Positions 1-8,884 of a stretch of DNA of 64,000 nucleotides are shown one piece after another. The position numbers and the translations under genes are program-made. Positions within the stretch are counted from its first letter, which is position 1; each line of letters starts with the position of its first letter. Origin of the DNA: a virus; IMG/VR virus record IMGVR_UViG_3300025030_000051, positions 1 to 64,000 of that record; one strand, written 5' to 3'. The notes below the pieces were generated by a model that was not told the DNA's origin, did no database searches, and saw nothing but the letters and a program-made list of their open reading frames with translations.

Positions 1-79
1 GTTCAGCTCGGCTCTCTTCGTGGGTCAGTAGATATAATATTGAATAACCAGACTTAATATAAGATGATAAATTTACCAT
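1..79 (-). CDS. N-terminus of a probable Ycf46-like AAA ATPase (runs off window start)
   Basis: Manual translation MVNLSSYIKSGYSILYLLTHEESRAE resembles the Ycf46-family N-terminus; promoter motif directly upstream. Confidence 0.55.
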   Translation of the reverse strand, partial: MVNLSSYIKSGYSILYLLTHEESRAE

Positions 80-115
80 ATTGTAACCTTTATTTCAAAT
101 TATTTTTATTAGTCT

Positions 116-144
116 AATATAAATAATATATAAGTAAAAGTAAA
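116..144 (-). promoter_or_regulatory. sigma70-like early promoter TTTACT-N17-TATATT
   Basis: Same motif and 17-nt spacing recur at 3480-3508, 3592-3620, 5977-6005 and 18814-18842. Confidence 0.65.
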
Positions 145-268
145 TTATATAAAAAAATTAAAAAGAGAAAAAGAAAGCCAAAAACGAAAGAAATTTATTT
201 TTATTACTTATTATCGGTTCTGATCATTCTTACATCTTCTGTTATCAATGTTCTGTAATCTTCACAAA

Positions 269-580
269 TCAATATTTTAATAATACCTCTATTTCTTCAA
301 TTTCTTTTTCAATACTTTTATAAGTAGCTGGGGTTTCATTTCTATCACATTGCAGTAAAAATTTCTTTTTATAGTCACGTAAGAATATTAGTCCCTGGAT
401 TATATACCTATTTCCGCCAGTTACCATTCCGTTAGGGATAACTTTTGTCTGCACCTGATTGCTAATTTTGTCAATCAGTTCAAAAGGGCTATCTAAGTTT
501 TTTATTGGTAAATCTACTTCATAGCTATCAATAAAAATTTGCTTTAGTTGTTCTAATTCTTCTGTCATTATTTTCTCCAA
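269..580 (-). CDS. hypothetical protein containing an attC-like arm
   Basis: ORF track; internal + strand GGATAAC-TTTTG-TCTGCACC at 436-455. Confidence 0.65.
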   Translation of the reverse strand: MEKIMTEELEQLKQIFIDSYEVDLPIKNLDSPFELIDKISNQVQTKVIPNGMVTGGNRYIIQGLIFLRDYKKKFLLQCDRNETPATYKSIEKEIEEIEVLLKY

Positions 581-623
581 ATAAATTTTTTAAATATCTT
601 CCACAACAGGTAAAGCGTTGTGC
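436..623 (+). mobile_element. degenerate attC-like site
   Basis: R'' GGATAAC, 5 nt, TCTGCACCTG ... CAGGTAAAG-C-GTTGTGC R' (spacer shortened). Confidence 0.4.
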
Positions 624-659
624 AATAGTTTTCCAATCACTTATTAGGAAAAATTGCTC

Positions 660-965
660 TCAGATTTTAAGTTTTGATATCGACAATCGGCTTGCATTGT
701 TTATAAACCAATTCCACAATGTTTCAGTAGCTTTGTCTCCATCCATCATCCATTCGTGGTTATCTACCCAACCAAATTCATCAGAAAATATTATCTTTCT
801 AAGTTCTTCTTTCAAGTTGCCGCTTGCTGGTATAACTGACGGTTCAATTTGACCGTTAATATCTTCGTTTCTAATCAAAGAATAATCGAATTGATTATTT
901 AAAATCCATTCTATGGCTTGGTCTCCACTCATATTTGTTAAATCTGTTAAAGGTTTTGATTCCAT
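660..965 (-). CDS. hypothetical protein containing an attC-like arm
   Basis: ORF track; AAGGT RBS-like sequence upstream; NGQIEPSVIP segment encoded by the arm. Confidence 0.7.
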   Translation of the reverse strand: MESKPLTDLTNMSGDQAIEWILNNQFDYSLIRNEDINGQIEPSVIPASGNLKEELRKIIFSDEFGWVDNHEWMMDGDKATETLWNWFINNASRLSISKLKI

Positions 966-1061
966 TTGTTTACCTTATTAATTCTTTTTGTAATCTGGTT
1001 CAGCTATTTCATATAAAATTATTAAATTGACGGTGGCAAGTTAAGCTGTATCACGTTATGC
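830..1061 (+). mobile_element. long attC-like site
   Basis: GTATAAC-TGACG-GTTCAATTTGACCGT ... ACGGTGGCAAGTTAAGCTGTATCAC-GTTATGC; arms are complementary; R' contains the stop codon of the upstream minus-strand gene. Confidence 0.6.
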
Positions 1062-1364
1062 AGAAAAATTGCTTTTAATGTTTTGCATAGCTTCGTTGGC
1101 TTTTTTAATATCGTTTTCTATAAACATAAATTTTTTATCTATTATGTTATTTATTTCTTCTTTTAATTTATCTTTGCCAATAACCATAAATGTAGTAACC
1201 GTTCTAAGGTAGTCATCTGTTTCCGCAATTTTCTGCATAACTTGGGCTTCAACGGGCAAGTTTATAATTTTACTTAGGATAGCTTGTTGGATAGTAAGTC
1301 CGCCGTTTGCAATCCCAACTTGCGGTTCAAGCTGACTGCTGATATGTTTGGCATAATCACTCAT
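1056..1364 (-). CDS. hypothetical protein (start likely ATG 1364, MSDYAKH...) with attC-like arm at 1313-1336
   Basis: Trimming the ORF removes the long overlap with 1357..1659; + strand TCCCAAC-TTGCG-GTTCAAGC-TGAC. Confidence 0.6.
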   Translation of the reverse strand: MSDYAKHISSQLEPQVGIANGGLTIQQAILSKIINLPVEAQVMQKIAETDDYLRTVTTFMVIGKDKLKEEINNIIDKKFMFIENDIKKANEAMQNIKSNFSA

Positions 1365-1659
1365 AAGAGATAAACATTCTTCTGTAAGAACTTGTGGTCT
1401 TGTTTCTATATTCCATAACATACTTTTTTGCTTCTTCTTTAGTGACATTCTTCTCATCCCAATCAAGATAAATTGTCTCCACATTACATTCATCTATCAT
1501 TTGACAAATAATTTCTTTTTGTTCCAGCGTATCGTGTTTTGTCATAGCAGATTTGTATTTTTTAAGCAACTCTACCACTTTGGGTGTGTGCAAGTCCCAT
1601 GCTTTTAACGTCCCCCATTTTAGGATAATAGTATCGTGTTGTTTTGTATTTTCTTCCAT
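1357..1659 (-). CDS. conserved phage hypothetical protein
   Basis: LKWGTLKAW motif; GGAG RBS. Confidence 0.7.
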   Translation of the reverse strand: MEENTKQHDTIILKWGTLKAWDLHTPKVVELLKKYKSAMTKHDTLEQKEIICQMIDECNVETIYLDWDEKNVTKEEAKKYVMEYRNKTTSSYRRMFISYE

Positions 1660-1735
1660 TTACAAATTCTCCTTTCTAAGTATCGCTTAATTATACATAA
1701 TTTTTAACTTTAATTAATATTTCATTTATCTGACA

Positions 1736-2035
1736 CTATCCGTTAATTCTTCTTTGTCTGGTATAATAATTATTCATTATTCTTTTTTTATTTTTATAAT
1801 TTATAAAATTTTGGTTTACTCTTATATACGATTCTTCATCTGTAATGATTTCATTAATTATTTCTGACCTGATATTTATATATATTCCAAAATACAATGA
1901 TTCTAAGCCTTCAATCATTTCATTAATTTCTTTACCCTCTTCTTTCCAAGGATAGGTTTTATTGTTTCTGACCGTAGCAAACAAGATTTTTTTAAGAAAC
2001 AACTTATAATAATTCTCGTTATTAAGCGATTTCAT
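1736..2035 (-). CDS. hypothetical protein
   Basis: ORF track. Confidence 0.55.
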   Translation of the reverse strand: MKSLNNENYYKLFLKKILFATVRNNKTYPWKEEGKEINEMIEGLESLYFGIYINIRSEIINEIITDEESYIRVNQNFINYKNKKRIMNNYYTRQRRING

Positions 2036-2493
2036 AATTATAAAATAAATATTTATTAATAAACAAACAATTTAGTTTTTGGTATAATAATATCATGACA
2101 ATACAACATTTTATACATAACTTTTTAATAACTCTAAGATTTAAATAATAATATTCTAATTTTTTAACTTTATTTAACTGTTTTAATATATATAATTTTT
2201 GCATAAAATGAAAATTTTGCAGAAATATATATAGGAACCGAGTCCCTCTTCATCAAAATTTTCTTTTTTATATTAACAAAGTATTAATTTCTGTTCACTT
2301 TCATTTAACAAGTTTTAGTTATTAAATTAATCCAGAGTCCCTTTTCATAAAAAAACATTTTTTCAAATTACATTTTTTAGTTATTAGAGTTTAAAAAATA
2401 TAAAAACATAAAAAATTGTATATCTTAACCCATATTACATTGACAGTGAAATAAAAATCCCTCAGTTCTTTTAAGATGTCATTTTGTGCCACG

Positions 2494-2700
2494 TTATATA
2501 TCAAATGATTCATCTAATAGATGACTCGGCTCTTCATCATTAAGACCGAGTTCGGTTAGCAGAATAGAAAAAGGCTTAAATATTAAATCATTATATTCTC
2601 TTACAAGAACAACAACATTTTCAAACTGACAGTTCACGGGAAAACTACGAATATATTTATCGTAATTTTCAAGATTCTCTTTTAGTTCTTCAAGTTTCAT
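2494..2700 (-). CDS. hypothetical protein
   Basis: ORF track with ATG and upstream GGGA. Confidence 0.55.
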   Translation of the reverse strand: MKLEELKENLENYDKYIRSFPVNCQFENVVVLVREYNDLIFKPFSILLTELGLNDEEPSHLLDESFDI

Positions 2701-3002
2701 ATTTTTTCCCAGTATAATTAAAATTTAAGTATAAAATTAATAATATTTTCCAGCATAAAGACACTTAACTTGAGATATTTCTATTCATTAGATGACTTCA
2801 GATGCATTTTATAATACAGATGTAGGAATTTAATATATTTCAAAACTAATGTCACCAGTATCATCCAAATAAGCAACTGATGTTCAGTACAAGGCATTCC
2901 TTGATTAAGAATTCTGTATCGTCCATCTATCCTGTAAAATTATTTCTGTTATACTTTGTATTTAAGTAAGTTAACAGTTTAATAAATTTTCCTTCATTAT
3001 TT

Positions 3003-3066
3003 AAAAAGAGGCCCAAAAACTTATTAACAGAAATAGCCGTTTCTATTAATCTAATCGAGCCCCTTT
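3003..3066 (-). terminator. long hairpin followed by U-run (terminator or ncRNA 3' end)
   Basis: AAAGGGGCTCGA/TTGGGCCTCTTT outer stem, ATTAATAGAAA/TTTCTGTTAAT inner stem. Confidence 0.55.
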
Positions 3067-3243
3067 GAGGTTACTCTTCCAAGGAATTTTTTTAATGGAC
3101 ACAGTGATTTCATAGTTATTTTCCAATCTTTTGTTTTTGACTTAACAAACACGTACTTTTTACTTCTTCAAGTAATTTATCAGTAATTATTTAAGTAAAA
3201 GATGGAATAAGAGTACTGTAAAAAGTAGAATAATAATGAATCT

Positions 3244-3447
3244 TCAAGGTTCTGTTATTTTAACTATTTCTGGAGAAGAATTGTGATACCAACAATCAAT
3301 CTTCTCAGTTAAAATATAATCAGCTATTAAACTATCATTATCTTCGTATTTAAACTTATTATCTTCTTCCCATTTTTTAGCTGATTCTATAAGTTCTGAA
3401 TAACTTTTTGTTAATATTAAATTTAATTTCAATATTAATTTTGTCAT
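3244..3447 (-). CDS. hypothetical early protein
   Basis: ORF just downstream of promoter 3480-3508; GGGTGA RBS. Confidence 0.65.
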   Translation of the reverse strand: MTKLILKLNLILTKSYSELIESAKKWEEDNKFKYEDNDSLIADYILTEKIDCWYHNSSPEIVKITEP

Positions 3448-3479
3448 TTCTTCACCCTTTCTATTTTTATGATAGTCTA

Positions 3480-3508
3480 AATATATATAATTTAAGTGTT
3501 AAAGTAAA
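3480..3508 (-). promoter_or_regulatory. sigma70-like early promoter
   Basis: TTTACT-N17-TATATT. Confidence 0.65.
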
Positions 3509-3893
3509 TTGTTATACATCTTCAAAATAATCACGAAAATTTGATAATGATTTAAGTTGCATTAATATTTGATCACTGAATGTCTCATATAATAATAAAT
3601 ACATTTTGTAAAAAAGTAAATAGTTTTTAAAAATATTGTTTTTGTGTATAACAATATCATTGTTTTCACAATCTTGCTCTAGAACATATCTAGTTATTCA
3701 CCAGATGACACTAGTAACATTATTAATGAAAATATGTATAAAATTATATTCCTTTAACACTTGAAGTTCTGGGATGTTTTAACTTTAAAAAAAGAGCATC
3801 TAAGAATAAAGTTCTTTTTTTTAGGGGTATCAAAAAAAATATTCAAAAATGCTCTTACGACAGTTCTGCTGTAACATTAAACTTCTTATCCCT

Positions 3894-4274
3894 TTAGTCA
3901 ATGACCTTCTGCCAGACCTTAGAAAATGGTTTCTTTCTCCTTTGGATGCCTATATAGTATAGGCCCTTAGTAAAAGTTGTCGGTTTGTGATCAATGTAAG
4001 GAAACACTGTATTCTTATCCCAGTATTCAGGAGTCAATTCTTGTAAACCAGTGTGGTTTAAAGTTGCTCCATCTGTACCAACTTCTACAACAAATGAATT
4101 TGTTTCAGGAACCTCATACATTTCATAATCACCGCACAATGCATGTACGTTTCCTGTTTTTTCACTCTTGGCAATAAAACCCTTCTTTATCTTCTTTGCT
4201 CCCTTTGGAAGCTCATCAATTGAAAAGATTTGAACGTCTCCTTGATGTCCTTGCCATTTACCGGTAAATTTCAT
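3894..4274 (-). CDS. conserved phage protein (QGDV...TG.xH family, usual neighbour of DUF6745 genes)
   Basis: GHQGDVQI, SEKTGNVH, DHKP...GLY motifs; GGAG RBS. Confidence 0.7.
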   Translation of the reverse strand: MKFTGKWQGHQGDVQIFSIDELPKGAKKIKKGFIAKSEKTGNVHALCGDYEMYEVPETNSFVVEVGTDGATLNHTGLQELTPEYWDKNTVFPYIDHKPTTFTKGLYYIGIQRRKKPFSKVWQKVID

Positions 4275-4445
4275 TACTTACTCCTTTTTTTAATAACTCA
4301 TGAAATTTTGTTAATTAACTAAAAAGATCTTATTAATAAATATATATATAATTTCTAATAATAAAAAATATTTTTATAAATTTGTTTCTATTTTTAAAAT
4401 TTTCTTTTACGAAGAAATTTGGATTCCTTTTCGGAATAAACAGTA

Positions 4446-4600
4446 GTTATGCAGAAAAATTGCTTTTAATGTTTTGCATAGCTTCGATTATGTTATTTAT
4501 TTCTTCTTTTAATTTGTCTATGTAGTAACAGTTCTAAGATAGTCATCTATTTCCACAATTTTCTGCATAACTTGGGCTTCAACGGGCAAGTTTATAATTT
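4446..4600 (-). pseudogene. degraded duplicate of the 3' part of gene 1056..1364
   Basis: Near identity to 1055-1270 with a 45-nt deletion, an approximately 16-nt deletion and a few substitutions. Confidence 0.85.
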
Positions 4601-4627
4601 CTACTATTGCTTTGGTAAAATTAGATT

Positions 4628-4975
4628 TACTTGATTCCATACTTGATTTCTTACTTGATTTCTTACTTGATTACTTACTTGATTCACTACTTGATTACTT
4701 ACTTGATTCCTTACTTGATTCCATACTTGATTTCTTACTTGATTACTTACTTGATTCACTACTTGATTACTTACTTGATTACTTACTTGATTCACTACTT
4801 GATTACTTACTTGATTCCATACTTGATTTCTTACTTGATTTCTTACTTGATTACTTACTTGATTACTTACTTGATTCCATACTTGATTTCTTACTTGATT
4901 CACTACTTGATTCACTACTTGATTCACTGCTTGATTCCTTGCTTGATTCCATACTTGATTCATTACTTGGCTCAA
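4628..4975 (-). repeat. 12-bp tandem repeat nnnAATCAAGTA x29 encoding (S/R/W/V/M)NQV (ORF 4604..4975)
   Basis: Directly visible; 116 of 123 aa are tetrapeptide units. Confidence 0.95.
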
Positions 4976-4987
4976 ATTTTCTTTACT

Positions 4988-5923
4988 TTAATTTCTTGAA
5001 TGCCACACGTATTTTAATGATTCAGGAACTCCTTCTGGTCTATGATATTTCAGTGCATCCAATACATTAGTAAACGAACTATCACTTGGAATAAGATATC
5101 TAGTCCCAGAAGTTGGACATGTCAGTTTAACCCATGCAAGCGGAACGTTTGATTTTCCAGTAAGATCTGTTTCACCAGGAAAGCTATTTTCTGATTTATA
5201 TAATATACATTCTTCAGTTGAACCATTCTTATGAACAATAGTTTGTTTATCGACTTCCTTGGCGTCCAAGAATTTCATCATAGAACCCTCACCACTGCCT
5301 TCTACGACTTCGTAAATTCCAGCTCGAACATCTTCATTTGTCTCATTTAAAAAATCTTCCTTTGTAAGAGTTTTATTATTAAATTTCTTGAATATCCATT
5401 CTGGCATCGGTCTGCCGTGAATGTAGTATTGTCCATAACCATCTTTCCACTTGATTGCAGGTCCGGTAACACAATGCATTACAGTACCATCACGGTGAAT
5501 CTCAACTGGTCTTTCAATTAAAATGATATCTGTATCGAATTCAATGTCTAAGAAAATGTTAGTGTCTACAGTTTCCCTTAGTTTAAAGTACTTCGGAAAC
5601 TCTTTTTCGGTCAATATACCAAATTCTACAAAAGTATCATAAAACGCATAAAATGATGCCCATCCTACGGTGAGGAATGTTCCGAAATCATAGAATACGT
5701 TTTTCGTCTTAGAAAGCTTGTTGGCCAGTATCTGACCAGATCTTGGACTAATAGTATAGTGAATCTTCGGCATCGGCTTTTTGATTAAGTTGTAGACAAA
5801 TCTTACAACTTTTCTTGCAGCAACTTTGTTTATGGGTTTATATGTGAGATACTTGATGATGTATTCATCCTTTATCACGTCAAGTCGAGCTTTTTGCTCT
5901 TCAGTTAGAGATTGTAGTTTCAT
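4988..5923 (-). CDS. DUF6745-like phage protein (start likely MKLQSL)
   Basis: LTEEQKA..., SP, GWASFYAF, ERP...MHCVTGPAIKWKDGYGQYYIHG, CPTSG.RY motifs. Confidence 0.75.
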   Translation of the reverse strand: MKLQSLTEEQKARLDVIKDEYIIKYLTYKPINKVAARKVVRFVYNLIKKPMPKIHYTISPRSGQILANKLSKTKNVFYDFGTFLTVGWASFYAFYDTFVEFGILTEKEFPKYFKLRETVDTNIFLDIEFDTDIILIERPVEIHRDGTVMHCVTGPAIKWKDGYGQYYIHGRPMPEWIFKKFNNKTLTKEDFLNETNEDVRAGIYEVVEGSGEGSMMKFLDAKEVDKQTIVHKNGSTEECILYKSENSFPGETDLTGKSNVPLAWVKLTCPTSGTRYLIPSDSSFTNVLDALKYHRPEGVPESLKYVWHSRN

Positions 5924-5976
5924 GTTTTTATTCCTTTTTTTATCATCCAAAAATAAAATAAAAAAATAGATAAAAA

Positions 5977-6005
5977 AATATATACAATATATTTGTAAAA
6001 GTAAA
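5977..6005 (-). promoter_or_regulatory. sigma70-like early promoter
   Basis: TTTACT-N17-TATATT upstream of DUF6745-like gene. Confidence 0.65.
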
Positions 6006-6558
6006 TAAAATAAAATAAAATATTTGAATCAGTATAACTTTTTAAACTAAAAAATCACTTATATATAGATAAAAATTCTTGTTTAACCTTTTTAATTACT
6101 ACCTAAATTTTTTGTTAAAAATTTCTTGAATAAAAAACAACTTTAGGTACATATAAATAATTATATGTATACAACGGGTACATATCATTAGCAGAACAAA
6201 ATTATTTAATTTTTAACTAAAAAGATATTTTATTTCTATTATAAATCAAATATGATTCATTATAGAAATGAAATGTAGTTTTTAAAGTTTGGGTGACGAA
6301 AAACTTTGTTTCAAATATTTAAATTTTTCTTTTAGTTTTAAATAATATTTTTGTTTCACATAATTTTGTTGAAAAATTATATGGGGGCGCTAATTATCGT
6401 TTTTTAGTCTAATTTATTAAACTTTAATTACTACTTTTAATATATGCCGTCCATTTTTATTAAATTTAGAAAAATATTTAAATGAAATAATAAAAGTCTA
6501 CCACCGTACTACAACTACGACAACAACATTTTTCCTTCTTTGAAGTGGAAAGCAAGAG

Positions 6559-6747
6559 TTAAAAAACTGATGAATTGGAATCAGGTACTTTTAATAATAC
6601 TCCTTCAGATAATTTATCAGCAATATCATCTAAGTTTTCAGATGATGCTATTACTTTTTTACTATCCTCTAATAGAATAACCCACTTATTATCAAAACCT
6701 TCTAACAATTTAGAAAAGTCAGAGTTCACACTTTTTTCTTCTTTCAT
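6559..6747 (-). CDS. DUF5678-like small protein
   Basis: KWVIL..D..KVIASS...LLKVP pattern. Confidence 0.5.
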   Translation of the reverse strand: MKEEKSVNSDFSKLLEGFDNKWVILLEDSKKVIASSENLDDIADKLSEGVLLKVPDSNSSVF

Positions 6748-7090
6748 TTTAAGTTAGCTCCCTGTCTCGTTATTATTAAAATACAACTTTATGACTATTA
6801 ATAAAAGAAAACTAAATAAACAAATATTGATATTTTTTCTCAAGTTATGATATATCTTTAACTTTATTTAGTTCTCTTTTATTAATAGTACAGTATAAAG
6901 ACCGATATATAAATTCTGCTATGATATTTACTTCAATATGACCCTTTAATTATTTCAACTGTATTATCATAGTTATGTTCTGGTTGTTGTATTCCCCCTG
7001 ACAATATAGTCATAACTTTATTTAATTTCTTTCTTAAAAGTTTACCATTTTCTGGATTCATTATTAACATTTTTACCTTATTTTATTATT

Positions 7091-7987
7091 TTATATAACT
7101 TTTTGATTTATATGAAACGAACAATAGTCTTCAGGACCTTTAATAAAGCTACCACATAAGAATCCGTGTCTGTTGATCCCTTTGCATCTCTTTCCCTTTA
7201 TCTTCTTAATGGTCCACTTAAGCTCTAGACCGCTACTTTCAACGTCACCACCAGCATTTAAAAAGTAACAATTGTAACACAGTAACCTTAGATTGTTCAA
7301 TTGTCTATTTTTGTTATTGCCATCTATGAAGTCTAACAATAGCGGAACCTTATAATCCAGCACTCTTCTTTCTTCAAAACCACAGCGTTCACATCTTTCA
7401 TCAATGTAACCATTTTTAATCAACCTACATTTTAATTTCTTATTAGGATAGTCTAAAGGACCTTCATTATTGAGAATTTTACTTAGAAAGATGTTTTCAT
7501 ATTTTTTATTTTTAGTTGGAACACCTTTCCTACCCCTATTCTTATGTTTTTCAAAGAATGTTACGCCTCTTTCATCTTTGTATAATAAAGCATATTTCTT
7601 AAATGTCTGATAGCCTATATTTAGATACCTCGCGGCTTCTGCGTTTGATTTGGAGTTGTTTAATGCTTCCTTGAGCCTTTGGAGAGTAACTACTTTATAG
7701 CCAGATTTTAAACCAACACTTTTAATCATCTTTTTTTGATGATAGGCATCAATTGGTTCCTTTATTAACTGAAGGACCAAATCAATGTAGTCAACCCTAT
7801 CTTTTAAAAATTCGAATTCTTTTTCAAATAGTGTAGGGTTGAATTCATTGATTTTGATGCCATCACAATAGATATTGACTCTTGTATCAGATATGACACC
7901 GATTGAAATGTTGTACTGTGGAAATATATCCCTTAATTTTTCGAGAATTTTATTTATGTTCTCAGATAAAATTAGATTCTTTCTCAA
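7091..7987 (-). CDS. HTH plus HNH-like endonuclease domain protein
   Basis: SNAEAARYLNIGYQTFKKYA HTH; CERC...LDFIDGNNKN...NLRLLCYNC. Confidence 0.75.
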   Translation of the reverse strand: MRKNLILSENINKILEKLRDIFPQYNISIGVISDTRVNIYCDGIKINEFNPTLFEKEFEFLKDRVDYIDLVLQLIKEPIDAYHQKKMIKSVGLKSGYKVVTLQRLKEALNNSKSNAEAARYLNIGYQTFKKYALLYKDERGVTFFEKHKNRGRKGVPTKNKKYENIFLSKILNNEGPLDYPNKKLKCRLIKNGYIDERCERCGFEERRVLDYKVPLLLDFIDGNNKNRQLNNLRLLCYNCYFLNAGGDVESSGLELKWTIKKIKGKRCKGINRHGFLCGSFIKGPEDYCSFHINQKVI

Positions 7988-8217
7988 GATAATGCTTCGT
8001 TATTTAATAAATAATCTTTAATGGAAGTAACTATGTTAATAATTGATTCAAAATTTAATTTATTAAACTCAATTAATTCTTTAGGAATTATAAATTCTAA
8101 TACCTTTATTTGCTTTTGTCTATAAACTAAGGAATAATACCTCCAATCAAGTTCGACGTCTAAATAATCTTTAATTGAATTCTGAATAGAAATATTCGTT
8201 TTTATACACATCTCCAA
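7984..8217 (-). CDS. hypothetical micro-protein
   Basis: ORF track; 4-nt overlap with next gene. Confidence 0.45.
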   Translation of the reverse strand: MEMCIKTNISIQNSIKDYLDVELDWRYYSLVYRQKQIKVLEFIIPKELIEFNKLNFESIINIVTSIKDYLLNNEALS

Positions 8218-8283
8218 AATCTATTTTTTTGAAATTTTAATTGAAATGTTATTTGCAATATTTTCTTTTATATATTTCTTATT

Positions 8284-8736
8284 TCAACCATACTTCTTAT
8301 CTTTTTCATCTTTTTCATAATCTTTCTTAATTATATCTGCTGTCTCATCAAGCCACTTTGCAAAATCTTTTGTTGTTTTATATCCAAATACACCTTCAAT
8401 TGGATCTGAATTTATATCAATAGAACTCCTACAAGGTATGAAAAAACCCTCTGTTTTTATAATTCCAGTGAATAAAATTTTGAATGCGTGTTTGATTCTC
8501 CAAGCCACCCTCTTAAAGAATTTGCTTCTCAAATCATAATCATAATCTGCTAAATATGTTTCAAAGATTATTATTAGCTCTCTATAAATAAACTCATCTT
8601 TTCGATAGTCACTTATAGAATATTCTGCTCTAATGAGGTCGTCTTTTGAATAACAATCGCAGTCAAAAAATTCTTTATGTCTATAATCACTCTCATTCAT
8701 TGTTTTATTTTCCAAAAACTTAAATTTTTTATTCAC
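8284..8736 (-). CDS. conserved phage hypothetical protein
   Basis: FFDCDC...FFKRV...IK.AFK pattern. Confidence 0.6.
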   Translation of the reverse strand: MNKKFKFLENKTMNESDYRHKEFFDCDCYSKDDLIRAEYSISDYRKDEFIYRELIIIFETYLADYDYDLRSKFFKRVAWRIKHAFKILFTGIIKTEGFFIPCRSSIDINSDPIEGVFGYKTTKDFAKWLDETADIIKKDYEKDEKDKKYG

Positions 8737-8884
8737 TAAAAATATGAATTACTGGGAATAGATATTGGGTTTGCAATGCTTGCAAAGAAACGGTTCCTCC
8801 TCTTGTAATGTGTTTAGACATAAAATTGATAATAAAGATATTAAGATTCAACCACATGAATATATATTTACAATTGGGAAACAT

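Noticed and set aside
4446-4600. DGR template/variable repeat pair with 1055-1270
   Set aside because: Four differences are A in this copy only on the non-coding strand (GC-to-AT drift), there are deletions, and no reverse transcriptase is in the window.
4628-4975. CRISPR array
   Set aside because: 12-bp tandem units with 3-nt variation, no spacers and no cas operon; the Cas4-like gene at 62.8 kb is a typical standalone phage exonuclease.
4612-5070. Plus-strand LLDY/YLIT repeat ORFs
   Set aside because: Stop-free shadows of the 12-bp repeat, on the strand opposite to all real genes.
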